Shown here piece by piece: positions 1 to 13,680 of a stretch of DNA of 64,000 nucleotides. The translations under genes and the position numbers were made by a program. The notes beneath the pieces were generated by a model. The model searched no databases, was not told the DNA's origin, and saw nothing but the letters and a program-made list of their open reading frames with translations. The DNA lies in the NCBI RefSeq assembly GCF_009914755.1, contig NC_060930.1; one strand, written 5' to 3'. Each line of letters begins with the position of its first letter. Position 1 is the first letter of the stretch. The DNA comes from the human T2T-CHM13v2.0 reference genome, Homo sapiens.

Positions 1-633
1 TGATAGACTTGAATTTTGCCCCAGAAAACAGGGGGTTTTTTTTGTACCACATGATCAGGCTGCAAATTTTCCATACTTTTATGCTCTGCTTTTTAAATAT
101 AAGTTCCATTTTCAGATAATCTCTTTGTTCATGCATATGAGCCTACACTTTTAGAAACAGTCAGGTCAACTCTTGAATGCTTTGCTGCTTAGAAATTTCT
201 TTTGTCAGATACCCTAAATCATCTCTCTCAATTTCAAAATTCCACAGATCTCTAGGGCAGGGGCAAAATGCCTCCAGCCTCTTTGCTAAAGCATAGCAAA
301 AGTGACCTTACTCTAGTTCCCAATAAGTTCCTCATCTCCATCTGAAACCACCTCAGGCTGGACTTCATTGTCCATATCATTATCAGCATTTTGGTCAAAA
401 TCATTCAACAAGTCACGTGGAAGGTGAAGGGGAAGCAGGCACCTTCTTCACACGGCAATAGGAGAGTGAAGGGGGAAGTGCCACACACTTTTAAACCATC
501 AGATCTCATGAGAACTCACTGTCACAAGAACAGCAAGGGGGACATCCATCCCCATGATCCACTCACCTCCTACCAGGCCTCTCCTCCTATTTGACAGGAG
601 ATTTGGATGGGGACACAAATCCAAACCATATCA
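1..633 (-). mobile_element. MaLR element: MST/THE1-type internal sequence (1-~414) joined to a partial MSTA-like LTR (~415-633)
   Basis: Ends ggggacacaaatccaaaccatatca, the reverse complement of the MST start; internal motifs accctaaatcatctctctca and ctctttgctaaagcatagca. Confidence 0.8.
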
Positions 634-905
634 CACTGTAACAATAGATATATGTCATTATAAATTTGTCCAAACTCATGGAATGCACAACGTCAAGAGT
701 AAACCCTAACATAGACTCTGGGTAATACTGATGGATCAATGCAGGTTCATCGATTGTGACAAATATACCACTCAAGTTGGGGAGTTTAATAATGGAGGAA
801 GCTATGCATGGTGAGGAAGGGGAGATAAGGGAAATCTCTGTACCTTCCTCTCAACTTTGCTGTGAACTTAAAACTGCTCTAAAATATAAAGTCTTTTTTA
901 AAAAT
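634..905 (+). mobile_element. Old L1 (L1MB/MC-type) 3' end
   Basis: gggaaatctctgtaccttcctctcaactttgctgtgaacttaaaactgctctaaaa terminal motif. Confidence 0.75.
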
Positions 906-1190
906 AGTGCATTTATAACCACTGTCACTACCATTACTACTGCTTCTAGTACTTATACCCCTTTTCTGCTACATATTTCTCCTTACTGCTTAGTATTTAA
1001 TCACCTTTTAATGCATATATGTGTGATATTAATGTATATTAAATATATTGTAATGAATTTATGGCTCACTCTGGAGAATGGAATTGGATAGGTAGGTATT
1101 TGAAGCACAGTGTTTACTTTTTTACTTTTACATCTCTGAATAGTATTAGAGTGTGAATGACAACTTACCTGATAAAGTTTTTTGAGCATT

Positions 1191-1602
<412 letters not shown>

Positions 1603-3566
1603 TCAGCAATGCCTGTATGTATGAAGGTTCAGTCTGTGTCCTGTGTGTTCCATCCAAGTCAAAGGATAATAGAGTATACCAGAATGAGATTATCCAAGGC
1701 CTTTGACATAAGAATTTCTAGAACTATCTAGTTAAATTGGAAAGAGCTGCTAAAGACTCATTTTGGAAATATTTACAAATAAGTGTTCTATCCTCTCTTA
1801 TGACATTAGATATATCAACCTTGGAAATGGATGCTTATGTCAACTGAGCACGCAGTGATTTTTCTTTATACCAAGTGATGTTATCTTTGATCCAGTGCTG
1901 ACCCAGGCTCTCTTTGCCACTGTAGTAGAGGATTTAACTGATAGTTCTAGCTCTCTTCTGCCTGATCTTGTCCTGACCTCTGAAGAGGAGATGAAGCCCT
2001 CTTATATATAGATGGTCTTGTCTGCAGCTCGTCTGTAACTTATAAGCTAAGATTTCAGAAGAGAGATATATTAGACAACCCCTCTAATCTTTGAAGCATC
2101 TTTAAGGTCCACTTGCACCCTCTCTTGTTCTGATTATGGCCTCTAGTAAATTTTAATGATAGAAAAAAAAAACAGCTTTTATTTTGGTGCATTAAGCTTA
2201 TATTGACCTTTTTGAGTATAAAGTCAGATAAACTGAAATTTAACACTTGTTCTCTTTCTGAAATGTGTTTACCCTTATATATTTTTCGCTTACTCTGTTG
2301 AGTTTTTAAATACTAATTTTAAAGACTCATAATTAGGTGACATTTTATTTTTACTCAGTTTAAGAATTTAATTCATATTTTATTAATGAATGTAGACTAG
2401 TATACTATATTTTCAAAATAAAGGAGAGCCTATGTGTTACAAAATAGCATGTAACATGATTTTTTAGCTTAATTTTTCATTGTTGAAAATAAATATCTCT
2501 ATATGTCTATAAGTTACATTTTGGATCTAAATCTGTACATTGGTTGTTACTTAGTTCTTGTATTTTATATATGAGTTACATAATTGGTTATGCATGTCTG
2601 TAAGCTTTATGTATTTTATATCTAGTTATATTTTTCTGTTAATTTCATTCACATTTTTTAAATATTGAAATTATTTCACAAAAAAATACAGTATTTGTGT
2701 TTTAAAATAATTTAATCCTTGGTAGATAAGTTTATAAAACAAAAATAGTAACAGAGTTCTTGCCATTATACACGTTTTACCTTATTAATAAGTGATATGT
2801 CAGCCAAACAGTGCTAAAGCTAATGCTGTAAAAATAAAGATTAATCTGACCATTACAGCCTTCTTTCAGCATGTCCAGTAAATTCTGGATGGATGCCTTG
2901 TATATTTAAAAGAGTGCCCTGAGATAGGAGAGACTTAAAGCACAAAAAGTAGCGTTAAGGTAAACTCAATTTTCAAAGATGTTTCCTCACCTAGACAGCA
3001 TATGTAGTGTAAATATATTTTGAAAAACCATTAAAGAATCTGGTAGGTATTTTTCAAGATCAGAAATATGAACTGGAGCATACCTGACTAAATTGTCAAC
3101 AGAACTTCAGGATAGTTGATGTTTAGGTTTAATGGGCAACAAATGCCAAGTCAGTAACTTCTGTTAAAATTGGGATTGGTAATCCCTGATTCACAACAGT
3201 GAAGGCCAAATTTTATGTAATCTTAAATACTACTAGTTCAACAAATATTTGAAGACTTACTCTAGCACCCTACACTAGTAAGTATATGTGTATTTTAAAA
3301 TCTGCAATTTAATTAATGTTTAATTCTATATGAACTTAGTTTTAAAATGTGGGAAATAATTTAAAACACAGCTTTTTCATATTCATGCAGTGAAGTTACT
3401 GAGCACCTGCAGGTGCCTGGCACTGTGCTGGAAACAGTAGCATCAATTGTTTCAGTACTCTTTTTGAAAATTTTAGAAAATAATAATTTGGATCAGAATA
3501 TTGTATCCACTTGCCTGGAGTTGCTACCTAGTTTGAAATCTTTGCCTAGGTGATGTCAAATTTTTA

Positions 3567-3616
3567 ATTTTATGCTGCGTGTGTGTATTTGTGTATACAC
3601 ACACGCAGCATAAAAT
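3567..3616. repeat. Perfect 22-bp inverted repeat with 6-nt spacer
   Basis: attttatgctgcgtgtgtgtat (3567-3588), ttgtgt, atacacacacgcagcataaaat (3595-3616). Confidence 0.95.
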
Positions 3617-4532
3617 ATATACATATGGCAAAATTAAAAGCAACTAAACGAAGTCATTCTAAGTACAGCCTTGTACTTATTTCAAACAGAATTGAAATAT
3701 GTTGTCTGCTTGTTATAGTCTATGCCTCCCAGCCTTCTGATTAGTACTCCTGAGAATTCTCATAAAAATTTCCAAAGAAAATGGTGGTTATTTCAAAAGA
3801 CAAGATACAATGTCCATTTTTAATTTTGTCTTTAGAAATATATATTCAAGGAAATTCGTATCTTAGATTAAATGAAATGTTTTTAATGTTTTTTTTTTAA
3901 ACTGAAATTGTTTAGTTGGGCACTACATGTTAATCATATGTATAACTAGAAAACTTGCTAAGAATAAATTTTAGAGAAATAATATGTAATGGTTGTTTAC
4001 ATGTTTAATTGTATATTTCAGTGATATAAAATTTAAGAAACCTTAAGAAATTTTTACATGGATGGCACAAACATGTAAAATACTCTCATGCTTAAAACAA
4101 GCTAAGCAACCTGGTTTTCTTTACATAAAGTTTGTTATTCACTTTTTTTTTATTGAAGGTGATACTTACATTCCAGCTCAAATGAGGGTTGAATTGGTTT
4201 AGTCTGTGTGTATTGTTCCATGAAGAGAGAGGCTAAGTGATTTTAGCATAGACACCAAAGCTGCTATCCTTGTTTGTCCTTATTGCTTCTTGAAGGAAAA
4301 TCTTAATTCATCTAAGTTATTATGTATTGCCGTGTCTGTGGTTTATATTAGTAATAAAAAGACAATTGAAAAGAATGAAGAAAATGTATCAAAGTTCATG
4401 TGAGATTGACTAAAACTACTGTTTTTACATAGCCTTAAATATGTTTTTTAATCTTAAGCATAAGCATTTGCCCAACCTTACAGAACACTTTTTATATTCT
4501 TATAAATATCCCAATTGTTCTTTTTCTTCTAG

Positions 4533-4678
4533 GGGATGTTCGTCTAACCCCAGAAGACTTTGCTAGAGCTCAGAAGTACTGCAAATATGCTGGCAGTGCT
4601 TTGCAGTATGAAGATGTAAGCACTGCTGTCCAGAATCTACAAAAGGCTCTCAAGTTACTGACGACAGGCAGAGAATGA
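4533..4678 (+). CDS. VTA1: Terminal coding exon of VTA1 (LIP5), encoding the C-terminal VSL/VPS4-binding domain
   Basis: Polypyrimidine tract and acceptor (ttctttttcttctAG, AG at 4531-4532), phase-1 entry, then (G)DVRLTPEDFARAQKYCKYAGSALQYEDVSTAVQNLQKALKLLTTGRE* with TGA at 4676-4678. This matches the VTA1 C-terminus as I recall it. It is absent from the ORF track because it is short and has no ATG. Confidence 0.96.
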
Positions 4679-5837
4679 AGCCTTTGTATGACAGACCCAT
4701 GTATTTTTGGCATGAGGAACTAACAGTCCATTACTCTATCTTCAGCCTATCAGGATCACAGTTTTAAGGAAGACTTGGTTTTGTTGAATATGACAATGAA
4801 ATCTGTGTGTATCAGATTTTTATTGAAGCATTCATCAGCAGCCTCAACCAGTTTTCATTGTCCATTTACTAGATTCAATCGTCTCTGAGTATATAGGGCT
4901 GATGTTAGCAAGACCCTAAAAATGTCCATTGAACCCTGCTTCAAAAAATGAAAACACACCTCTATAAAATGTGTACTGGGAATAAGCTTTGTATTTACAT
5001 ACATTAGGGGAATTTTTTAAAATCTGTAATGTTTGGACAAACAGATGATATTACTTTGCTATAAAATTATAAATGTAACTTTTAATAAAGATAGCCAGAA
5101 TATTCTAAATTAGAAATTACGTTTTTGTTTCCCTCAAGACATAAAACAAATATAAACATTCTAAACTGCTGGATGAATCTGAAAAGACATTAAGTTCAAA
5201 TTTTAATTTATTCTCATATTAAATATAACTCCATTAAAAGTTTAAAATTTCATGGGAGAAAATATAATAAGGTAAAGAGGTAGAATCACTTTCAGACTTA
5301 AGAATAATGTTGATTTCCCAAGTGCTTTACCTTATCTGTTAAAGCGTAAGATGAATTGGTATTTGCTTCATAGGCAGTTTGACTGCATGTATTAGAGAAT
5401 GAAAAGAAGATATTTGTAGTAATGCCTGGAAACTTGGTGCTTTAAATTAAGGTACTCCTCTGCTGCTGTAGAATGGATTCCACACAGTGGATAGCTATGG
5501 GTGATTCAGAATATTATGTTTAGATTCCCATTTGTTAAGTTTATAAGTTTTGTGGGGAATTATGAACTTACTGTGTACTACCTGCATTTGTGCTGTGTGA
5601 AAAATAAATACAAGGATTCGTTTAGCTAATTCAACTTACTACAAAGACAAATGTCTGTTTTTATTTGCCTGCTAGGATTGTCTTTTTTAAAAGTCATTTT
5701 TATTTATAGGAATATGGGTGTTTCTATAGGAAGAAACAGGTTTTTTGTTTTTTGTTTTTTAAGATAAATTTGACAAAGTTAACTGAAATTTATCTGGTCC
5801 ATTTTATTCATGCTACTAAGATGGGAATCTTTAAACA

Positions 5838-6023
5838 CAAGGGTCAGCAAGCTTTGGCCCATGGATTGGCCACCTGTTACGTAAATAAAGTTTCTTTGAA
5901 ACAAGCCTACACTCATTCATTTATGTTTTGTCTGTGGTTGCTTTCCACAACTGCAGAGTTGTATGGCTTGCAAGTCTAAAAACATTTACTATTTGGCCCT
6001 CTAAGAAAAAGTTAAGACACCTA
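5838..6023 (+). mobile_element. MER58A-like hAT-Charlie MITE in the VTA1 3' UTR
   Basis: agggtcagcaag...gtaaataaagtttctttgaaaca...atttactatttggccctctaagaaaaagtt, matching the MER58A layout. Confidence 0.8.
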
Positions 6024-6782
6024 GTCTAATGGCCTTTTGGGAAAAAACAAATCACTAACTCATAATCATTTATATCCATTATTTTCTGCATAAATGTAAT
6101 GCTATTGTACAGGGTTTGGTAGAATAAATATTCAGACTGACTAAACTGTTCTAAATTCTCACAAAAAAGTCCCCAAACAACATGCCTCCTAAAAAACATT
6201 TTCCTATCTTTTACAAGAGGTATGAACATTTGTAGGGTTCCACATTTGCATCTAGAAATCCAATGCTCTTTAGAATGTTATTACGAATAGAAAGATGGCC
6301 AGGATGACCTTTAGTGTTACATGATGTTCAGCAAATTTTAATTCAAACCTTGATATGCCTGGACACTGAAAAGTAAACGCATCACCTCCTATTTTATACC
6401 CTACCTTCTGGTTCCCAATTGGGAGAGCACATAGAGGGAAGGAGACAATATAGAAACTACGGAGTCCGCTGGTAGTGGGCTGCATGGTGTGACAGAGCCC
6501 TTCTCTGTAAAATGGAAATGACACCACTAGCCATCTCAATAGTTACAAGAATTAAAAGAGATACAGTACCTGAAGTGCTTAGCGCATGGTAGCATTTCAT
6601 AAATGTTTAGTGTCAATACTAATGCTCTAATAATGTAAATTGTTAATAATTTATTTCCCTAATATCAGGAAATCCCAGTTGTCTATGTGGCCCAGTGCTT
6701 AAAAACGCCTTCTTGCATGAGGGGATTGAACTATACAATGTTTGTTAACTTTGTATTTGTATTTTTTCCTATAAAATCTTAA

Positions 6783-6788
6783 AATAAA
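6783..6788 (+). terminator. Candidate major poly(A) signal
   Basis: AATAAA preceded by TGTA/U-rich elements (ttgtatttgtattttt) and followed by GT-rich sequence. Confidence 0.55.
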
Positions 6789-6829
6789 ATTAGGAGATGT
6801 GTTCTGATGTAACAGTAGGATTAGCAATT

Positions 6830-8240
<1,411 letters not shown>

Positions 8241-8964
8241 AAGTTGCCGAATTCCTCTCTCACTTAGACTGAAGTACAATGTTTCCAAGTTTTTGTGACC
8301 AGCCCAAGTGAAACTGATAACGGTGTTTTGTCAATGCGGCAGAGGGAGAAGAAGAAATAAGGTTCTGCTGACAATGATTGCCACAGATATCTCACCAAAT
8401 CACTGCTGAACTGGAGCTGCAAGCCAAGAATAGTTCCCATGGTTAGCATGGCCTAGGAAGTTTACTGACATCAGGACTACACCAAGAAAAAGACTCCAGT
8501 TATGGGTCTTGAAAATTAATATCCTCAGATGTTTTTAGAATTTATATATGACTTGTAATTCTAGAAATTTGAGAATTCTATGTATGCATTGAAAGATTAT
8601 ATACTGTCTTTTCTAAAGAAACACCCTAATAGCAGCATTGTACAAATATTTTCAACTCTAAAAGAATAATAGCTAATGGAGTTGATGGGTTTTGGTTATC
8701 TGCACTGCTTCCTCTCTTCACCCATTTCTATTTTTTTTTTCTTTAACTTGACTCATTTTGGAGCATTTGGATCAGATGTTCTAGTTTGGCCCATAAACAA
8801 AGCTCCATCAGTAGAAAAGTTAAGACATCCTTCATATGAGAAGTATCCTTCCCTGGTTGGTTGTAATCTTTGAAGTCTATGTGGAATTCTAAGACTGCAG
8901 GCTTGTTCATTGGAGTACACTTAAGTAGGACAAATTCTAAGTAAGCAACACTTCAATAATAATC

Positions 8965-9140
8965 ATAATAGCTAACATTTCAATGTTTACTAAATGTCAG
9001 ATACTATTCTAAGTATTTTGCATATATTAATTCATTTAATCTTCACAGTGGTCCTGAGAGGTAGGCTTTATTTCTGTTTTAAGATGAGGAAAGGGAGCCA
9101 CAGAGTAACAAATTTGCCTAAGGTAACACAGCTAATATTT
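8965..9140 (-). mobile_element. MIR
   Basis: ttcatttaatcttcacag...agatgaggaaa...aaggtaacacagcta core. Confidence 0.75.
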
Positions 9141-10162
9141 ATTTCTAAGCTCAGACTGCCTGTTTCAGATCATAAGAAGTATCATCCATGTCAGTAAGTC
9201 ACCTGTTACATTGTAAGTACAATGAGATGTTATGAGTTCCACATTATCAAGGTCATTGGACAGTTCCTTTTATTAGTGAGGTGTTAGCACCTAAATTTTT
9301 CTATTATCTGGGCCATATGTTCCAATTGACAGTGCTAGGCAGTGAACACAGGGTATGAACTTGAAAATCTGATTGCACCCTCAATATCTGGAATATACAC
9401 TGATCTATGACCTGAAATTGTATGGACTGCAGCAATCCAAGGGGACACTAAGCAGGGTTTGAGTAATGCTACAATGGATTTATAGGTCATTTTGGAGAAG
9501 GTGTTCCACATCATTAGGGAGTCTGGGTTTCCCAGATGTGCCTGTTTTATCCTTTTTATTTTAAATAACATCACTGTCTTTCCTAACTAAAAATTCTTCA
9601 TCTTCAGGAAATAAGATTGAGATACGGACTGAAAATATAAAATTAGCAATAATGTTTATTATTAGATACTTCCTCAATTAAATTTCTCCCTGAAAGTCTT
9701 AGGCAAAAGCCCCTGTCTCTTACTTCATATATCAAGTTTGGAGGGAAAGACATAATTGCATAGCAGTATTCCATGAATATAACTTAATGGGGAACTGGCT
9801 TCAGAGTTCAGCAATATTGGGAAGTCTTGTCAAATATTAAGTCATTCATATGTTCAAAAATATTAATATGTATTGAGCATCTACCATCAAATATTTAATA
9901 TGATAATGCCATACTGGATATTATATACGAGTTACAATAATTCTTCCTAAAGTCAGGGAAAGCTTCACAGATAAGGTTGAGCTGAAGGTTTGGCAGGCAG
10001 GGAAGCAAGGAGAAGTTAGCAGAGAGAAAAGCACAAGCAACACCATGGAGGAACAAATGTGGGCAATTCAGGTAACTCGAGTAATTTAGTGTTACTATGC
10101 ATATGGCCTATGGAGGCCAGGAGTGTAAATGTATTATGGCTGGGGCGGGGGGCTAGGGAATG

Positions 10163-10385
10163 TGTTATGACTAAATTGTATCCCTTCAGAATTCATATTT
10201 TGAAGCACTGATCTCCAGTGTGTCTGTGTTCAGAGGCAGGTCCCATAGGGAGGCAATTAAGGTTACATGAGATCATAAAGGTGAGGCCCTAATCCTATAG
10301 GTCTGCTGTCGTTACAAGAAGAGGAAGAGCCACCGGAGCTGGCTCATTCTGCACGTGTACAGAGAAGAGGCCATGTGAGGACACG
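10163..10385 (+). mobile_element. MLT1A/B-type MaLR LTR, 5' half only
   Basis: tgttatgactaaattgtatccc...aaggtgaggccctaatcc...agaggccatgtgaggacac; homology stops abruptly. Confidence 0.8.
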
Positions 10386-11934
10386 CAGAGGCTCGAATAT
10401 GCTCTCAACCCTATCAGTTGCCTGCTTTAATTCATCCCATGGAATTGTTTTGTCTTTTCGACCCCTCGGCTATGTTATTTGTATTGTGATATAGGGGATA
10501 TTCGGAGTCCTCTGAGACGGGACAAGGACACTGGACGGTCTATTGTGCCATGCTTATATATTTTCTGTATACAATGCTTTCTGTATAAAACCAGTAATAC
10601 CTGAGAAACAACAGTAACTTGACAAAATTACTATTGATCACTTAACTTTATGTATCACGTAAGTTAAACTTTATTTATTTACATGTGTCTCCCTCATTAG
10701 ATGCTAAGTTCCTTGATATTTTATACATTTGTGAATTCCTGGTAATTCACATGAAGCTTGATGCATTGTAAGTATTCTGACCTGGTGAAATAAATATACG
10801 AATGGGCAAAAAAATATATACTAAAATGATCAAATAAAGGTTGTGTTCAGAAACCTCTGTTCTATTATATCATAGTGATTTAAGATTATAATAATTGCAT
10901 CAAAACGTTCTGAAATCACATATTAATCTTACTTATCAAAAAAATCCAGTCCATGCCACCCAGCAAGTCTCGATTCTTAATTCGAATGCATGGTTCTTTA
11001 TCTTTTGACACCATGAAGCATGATGTCAGGTATGCTCAGGACATTCTTAGAATATACACTAATAACATCCTAGTCACAGACATATATGATACTTGTTAGC
11101 AGCTTATATGTTCTTGGTCTGTCTATACTCTGGCAGAGATTAATATATTCAAGCTCAATGGAGTGAAGAAGTAGCAATGTGTATCTTAAAAATGGGAGAA
11201 AATATTTAGACCACATTGAAAATTGAAAATATTTATGGTGACTGAGGAAATTGTAACTGGAAGATTATTGCTCCAGATGAAGAGACAAGAGGAAGTTTAA
11301 AATTAAAGCCACCAATGACATCTGAACATTTTGGGAAAGTCAGAACTCATTTGATTTTTTTTTCCTCAATAGTTAATCTTTTCTTCTGCCTACTGGTTCA
11401 AAGATAAGCAACTGAAAAAAAGGTGTGAAGATGAGAAAACCATAGGCACAGAACGCTGTCACGCAGAGGGGTCTGTTCTGAGTCAGGAAGCTGATGTTCT
11501 GGTACGCTCACTGTGGCAATCTGTTCTGTCTACCAGAAAATTGGCCCTTCTGAACCTCCTGTGAGCTTTAGTTTTCCCACAACAACCAGGAGCAGGCAAA
11601 ACTAGATTTCTACGGTGTTTTGAAGATCTAATATTCAAGTCTCTGAATAATACTTAGACTTCTGCAAACAAAATTTGGGATTAGGTGTGTGGCCCTTGAA
11701 ACGCCCTCATTTTAACTAGACAAATTATAACATGTTTTTAAAACTTAAATCTTGACAGTCATCCTATTCTGTGATTAAATATCCCCCGAACACTTTCTGT
11801 TAATATGCCAAGAATTCAGTAAATAAATCCATTTGAACTAGGTTAAACGAAAGACTGTAATTGCAAAATAATTGCTGTTTCTATGGGCAGGGAATATTCT
11901 TCTGCCAGTGTAAAGATTGTCAACGAGCACAAAC

Positions 11935-12140
11935 CTGACGAAGATTTAAGAGCAAAGAGCATTACCAAGGATAAACAGAGTCATTTCATAATGATGAAGT
12001 GGCTCAATCAAGAGGATATAACAATCTTAAAGGTTTATGTGCCTACCCACAGAGGTTTAAAATACGTGAAGCAAAAGCCAATACAACTGCAAAGAGAAAA
12101 ACAGATTTTGACACCCTCTCAATAACTGATGGAACCATTA
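11935..12140 (+). mobile_element. Old L1 ORF2 endonuclease fragment
   Basis: ORF 11883..12125 contains ITKDKQSHFIMMK...QEDITILKVYVP, homologous to L1 ORF2 IKRDKEGHYIMVK...QEELTILNIYAP. Confidence 0.8.
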
Positions 12141-12847
12141 AAAAATATGACTAGCACATTGGATCCAAAATAAATTGGCCCTTATGACCCTGAATGACAC
12201 GTTGTTTTTTTTCTTCAGTGAACTATTGTTGGGGGTGACTCCGAGATAGAATGGTATAAAAATAATTCACTGATGTTTTTCTCCTGAATGGAGATTTTAT
12301 TTCTACATTGATGAAGATTGCAAACAACATGTCTGCCTTTTTTGGTCCTGAATTTAAAGGGAAACACAAGAGGTGTTTAGTTATTTACAAACAAGTATAT
12401 ATTCTTGTTGATCCTTTTTTCAATACTATCTTGAGATACTGTTTGTAAGTATCCTCCTATAAGTATTTCCAAAAGTCTGCCAACCAAGCAGCTTAGAAGA
12501 ATCTATTCCAAGTTTCTATAGAAAAACTCTGAGATGAATTTATTATTTTTTGGTACCATTTATGAGAAAAATCTCAGCTTTGAAGGTAGAATAGCATACA
12601 GAATCCTGTTAAATAGTACATTTGTATATATGTCTATGTATGATATATATCAGATATATACATATGTATCAGTAATCCCTCTGAAAATGTTGTTTTAATT
12701 GTGTGGAACAAAAAGCAAAGTAAATCAGCGAGTAACTTATTTTCTAATCTCATCTGCCAATGTTGGAGATGACTTTTTTGTTCCTGTCATACTAGGTAGT
12801 TACGTCTCTACAAAATCACTGCAAAAGATTGAACCATTTCTGACGAA

Positions 12848-12860
12848 TGAACTTTGACCT
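12848..12860 (-). promoter_or_regulatory. Consensus DR1 nuclear-receptor element (candidate)
   Basis: TGAACTTTGACCT, read as AGGTCA-A-AGTTCA on the minus strand. Motif match only. Confidence 0.3.
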
Positions 12861-13393
12861 ACTGCAGAGACACGGTAGATATTCAATTAATATCAGTTCA
12901 ACACACTTTGGTTAAGTGCAAAGCACTGAGGACATGAAGTTTTCATTAGAGGTGTCTGCCGCTCAGGAGCTTAACGTCTATTTAGGGACACAGATGTGCA
13001 CAAACATAATTGAAGGCATAGTTAAAATGCCAAAGAGAAGGCACACTAATGCATTGCTATCGAAACTTAAATATTTTTTTTTCCAAACTGTGGTAACTGC
13101 GTCATTACATTTCACTGGGATGACAGCATTTGAGTTGCACCTTACAGAATGAGTAGAATTTCAATAGGGAAAGTGAGATGGGTAATTAAGGTAAGAGGAG
13201 GCATAAGAGGAAAAATATGATGGTGGGAAAGCAAGTAACTTGTGTCAATAGCAGTGAAATAGCCATGTTAGTCCTAAGGAGAGGCTGTTTAGTTATATAT
13301 CCATTCAATATGTCAATGAATATATTTTTGAAACAAATTACTCCTTGTTTACATGTTTTATTAATTTGAGTTTTAAAGTTTAGCCTACTACCT

Positions 13394-13680
13394 TGTCTTA
13401 GTCCATTCAGGCTACAACAAAATACCTCGGACTGGGTAATTTATAAACAATAGAAATGTACTGCTTACAATTCTGGAGGCTGGGAAGTCCAAAATCAAGG
13501 CACCAGCAGATTCAGTATCTGGTGAGGGCTCTCTGCTTTATAGATGGTGCCTTCTTGCTGTGTCCTCACATGGCAGAAGGGGCAAACAAGCTCATCCCGG
13601 CCTCTTTTATAAGGGCACTAATCCCATTCATGAAGGCTCTGCCCTCATGACTTAAGCACTTCCCAGAAGCCCCTACCTCT
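13394..13680 (-). mobile_element. MLT1A/MSTD-type LTR truncated by L1
   Basis: tgtcttagtccattcaggct...ctggaggctgggaagtccaa...ttttataagggcactaatccc; the rest of the LTR is missing. Confidence 0.8.

Noticed and set aside
10386-10470. Protein-like reading PRGRKDKTIPWDELKQATDRVESIFE on the minus strand of the unexplained insert
   Set aside because: Preceded by an in-frame stop, no start codon or recognisable homology; not called a CDS.
11883-12125. 80-aa ORF as a novel small protein
   Set aside because: L1 endonuclease remnant.
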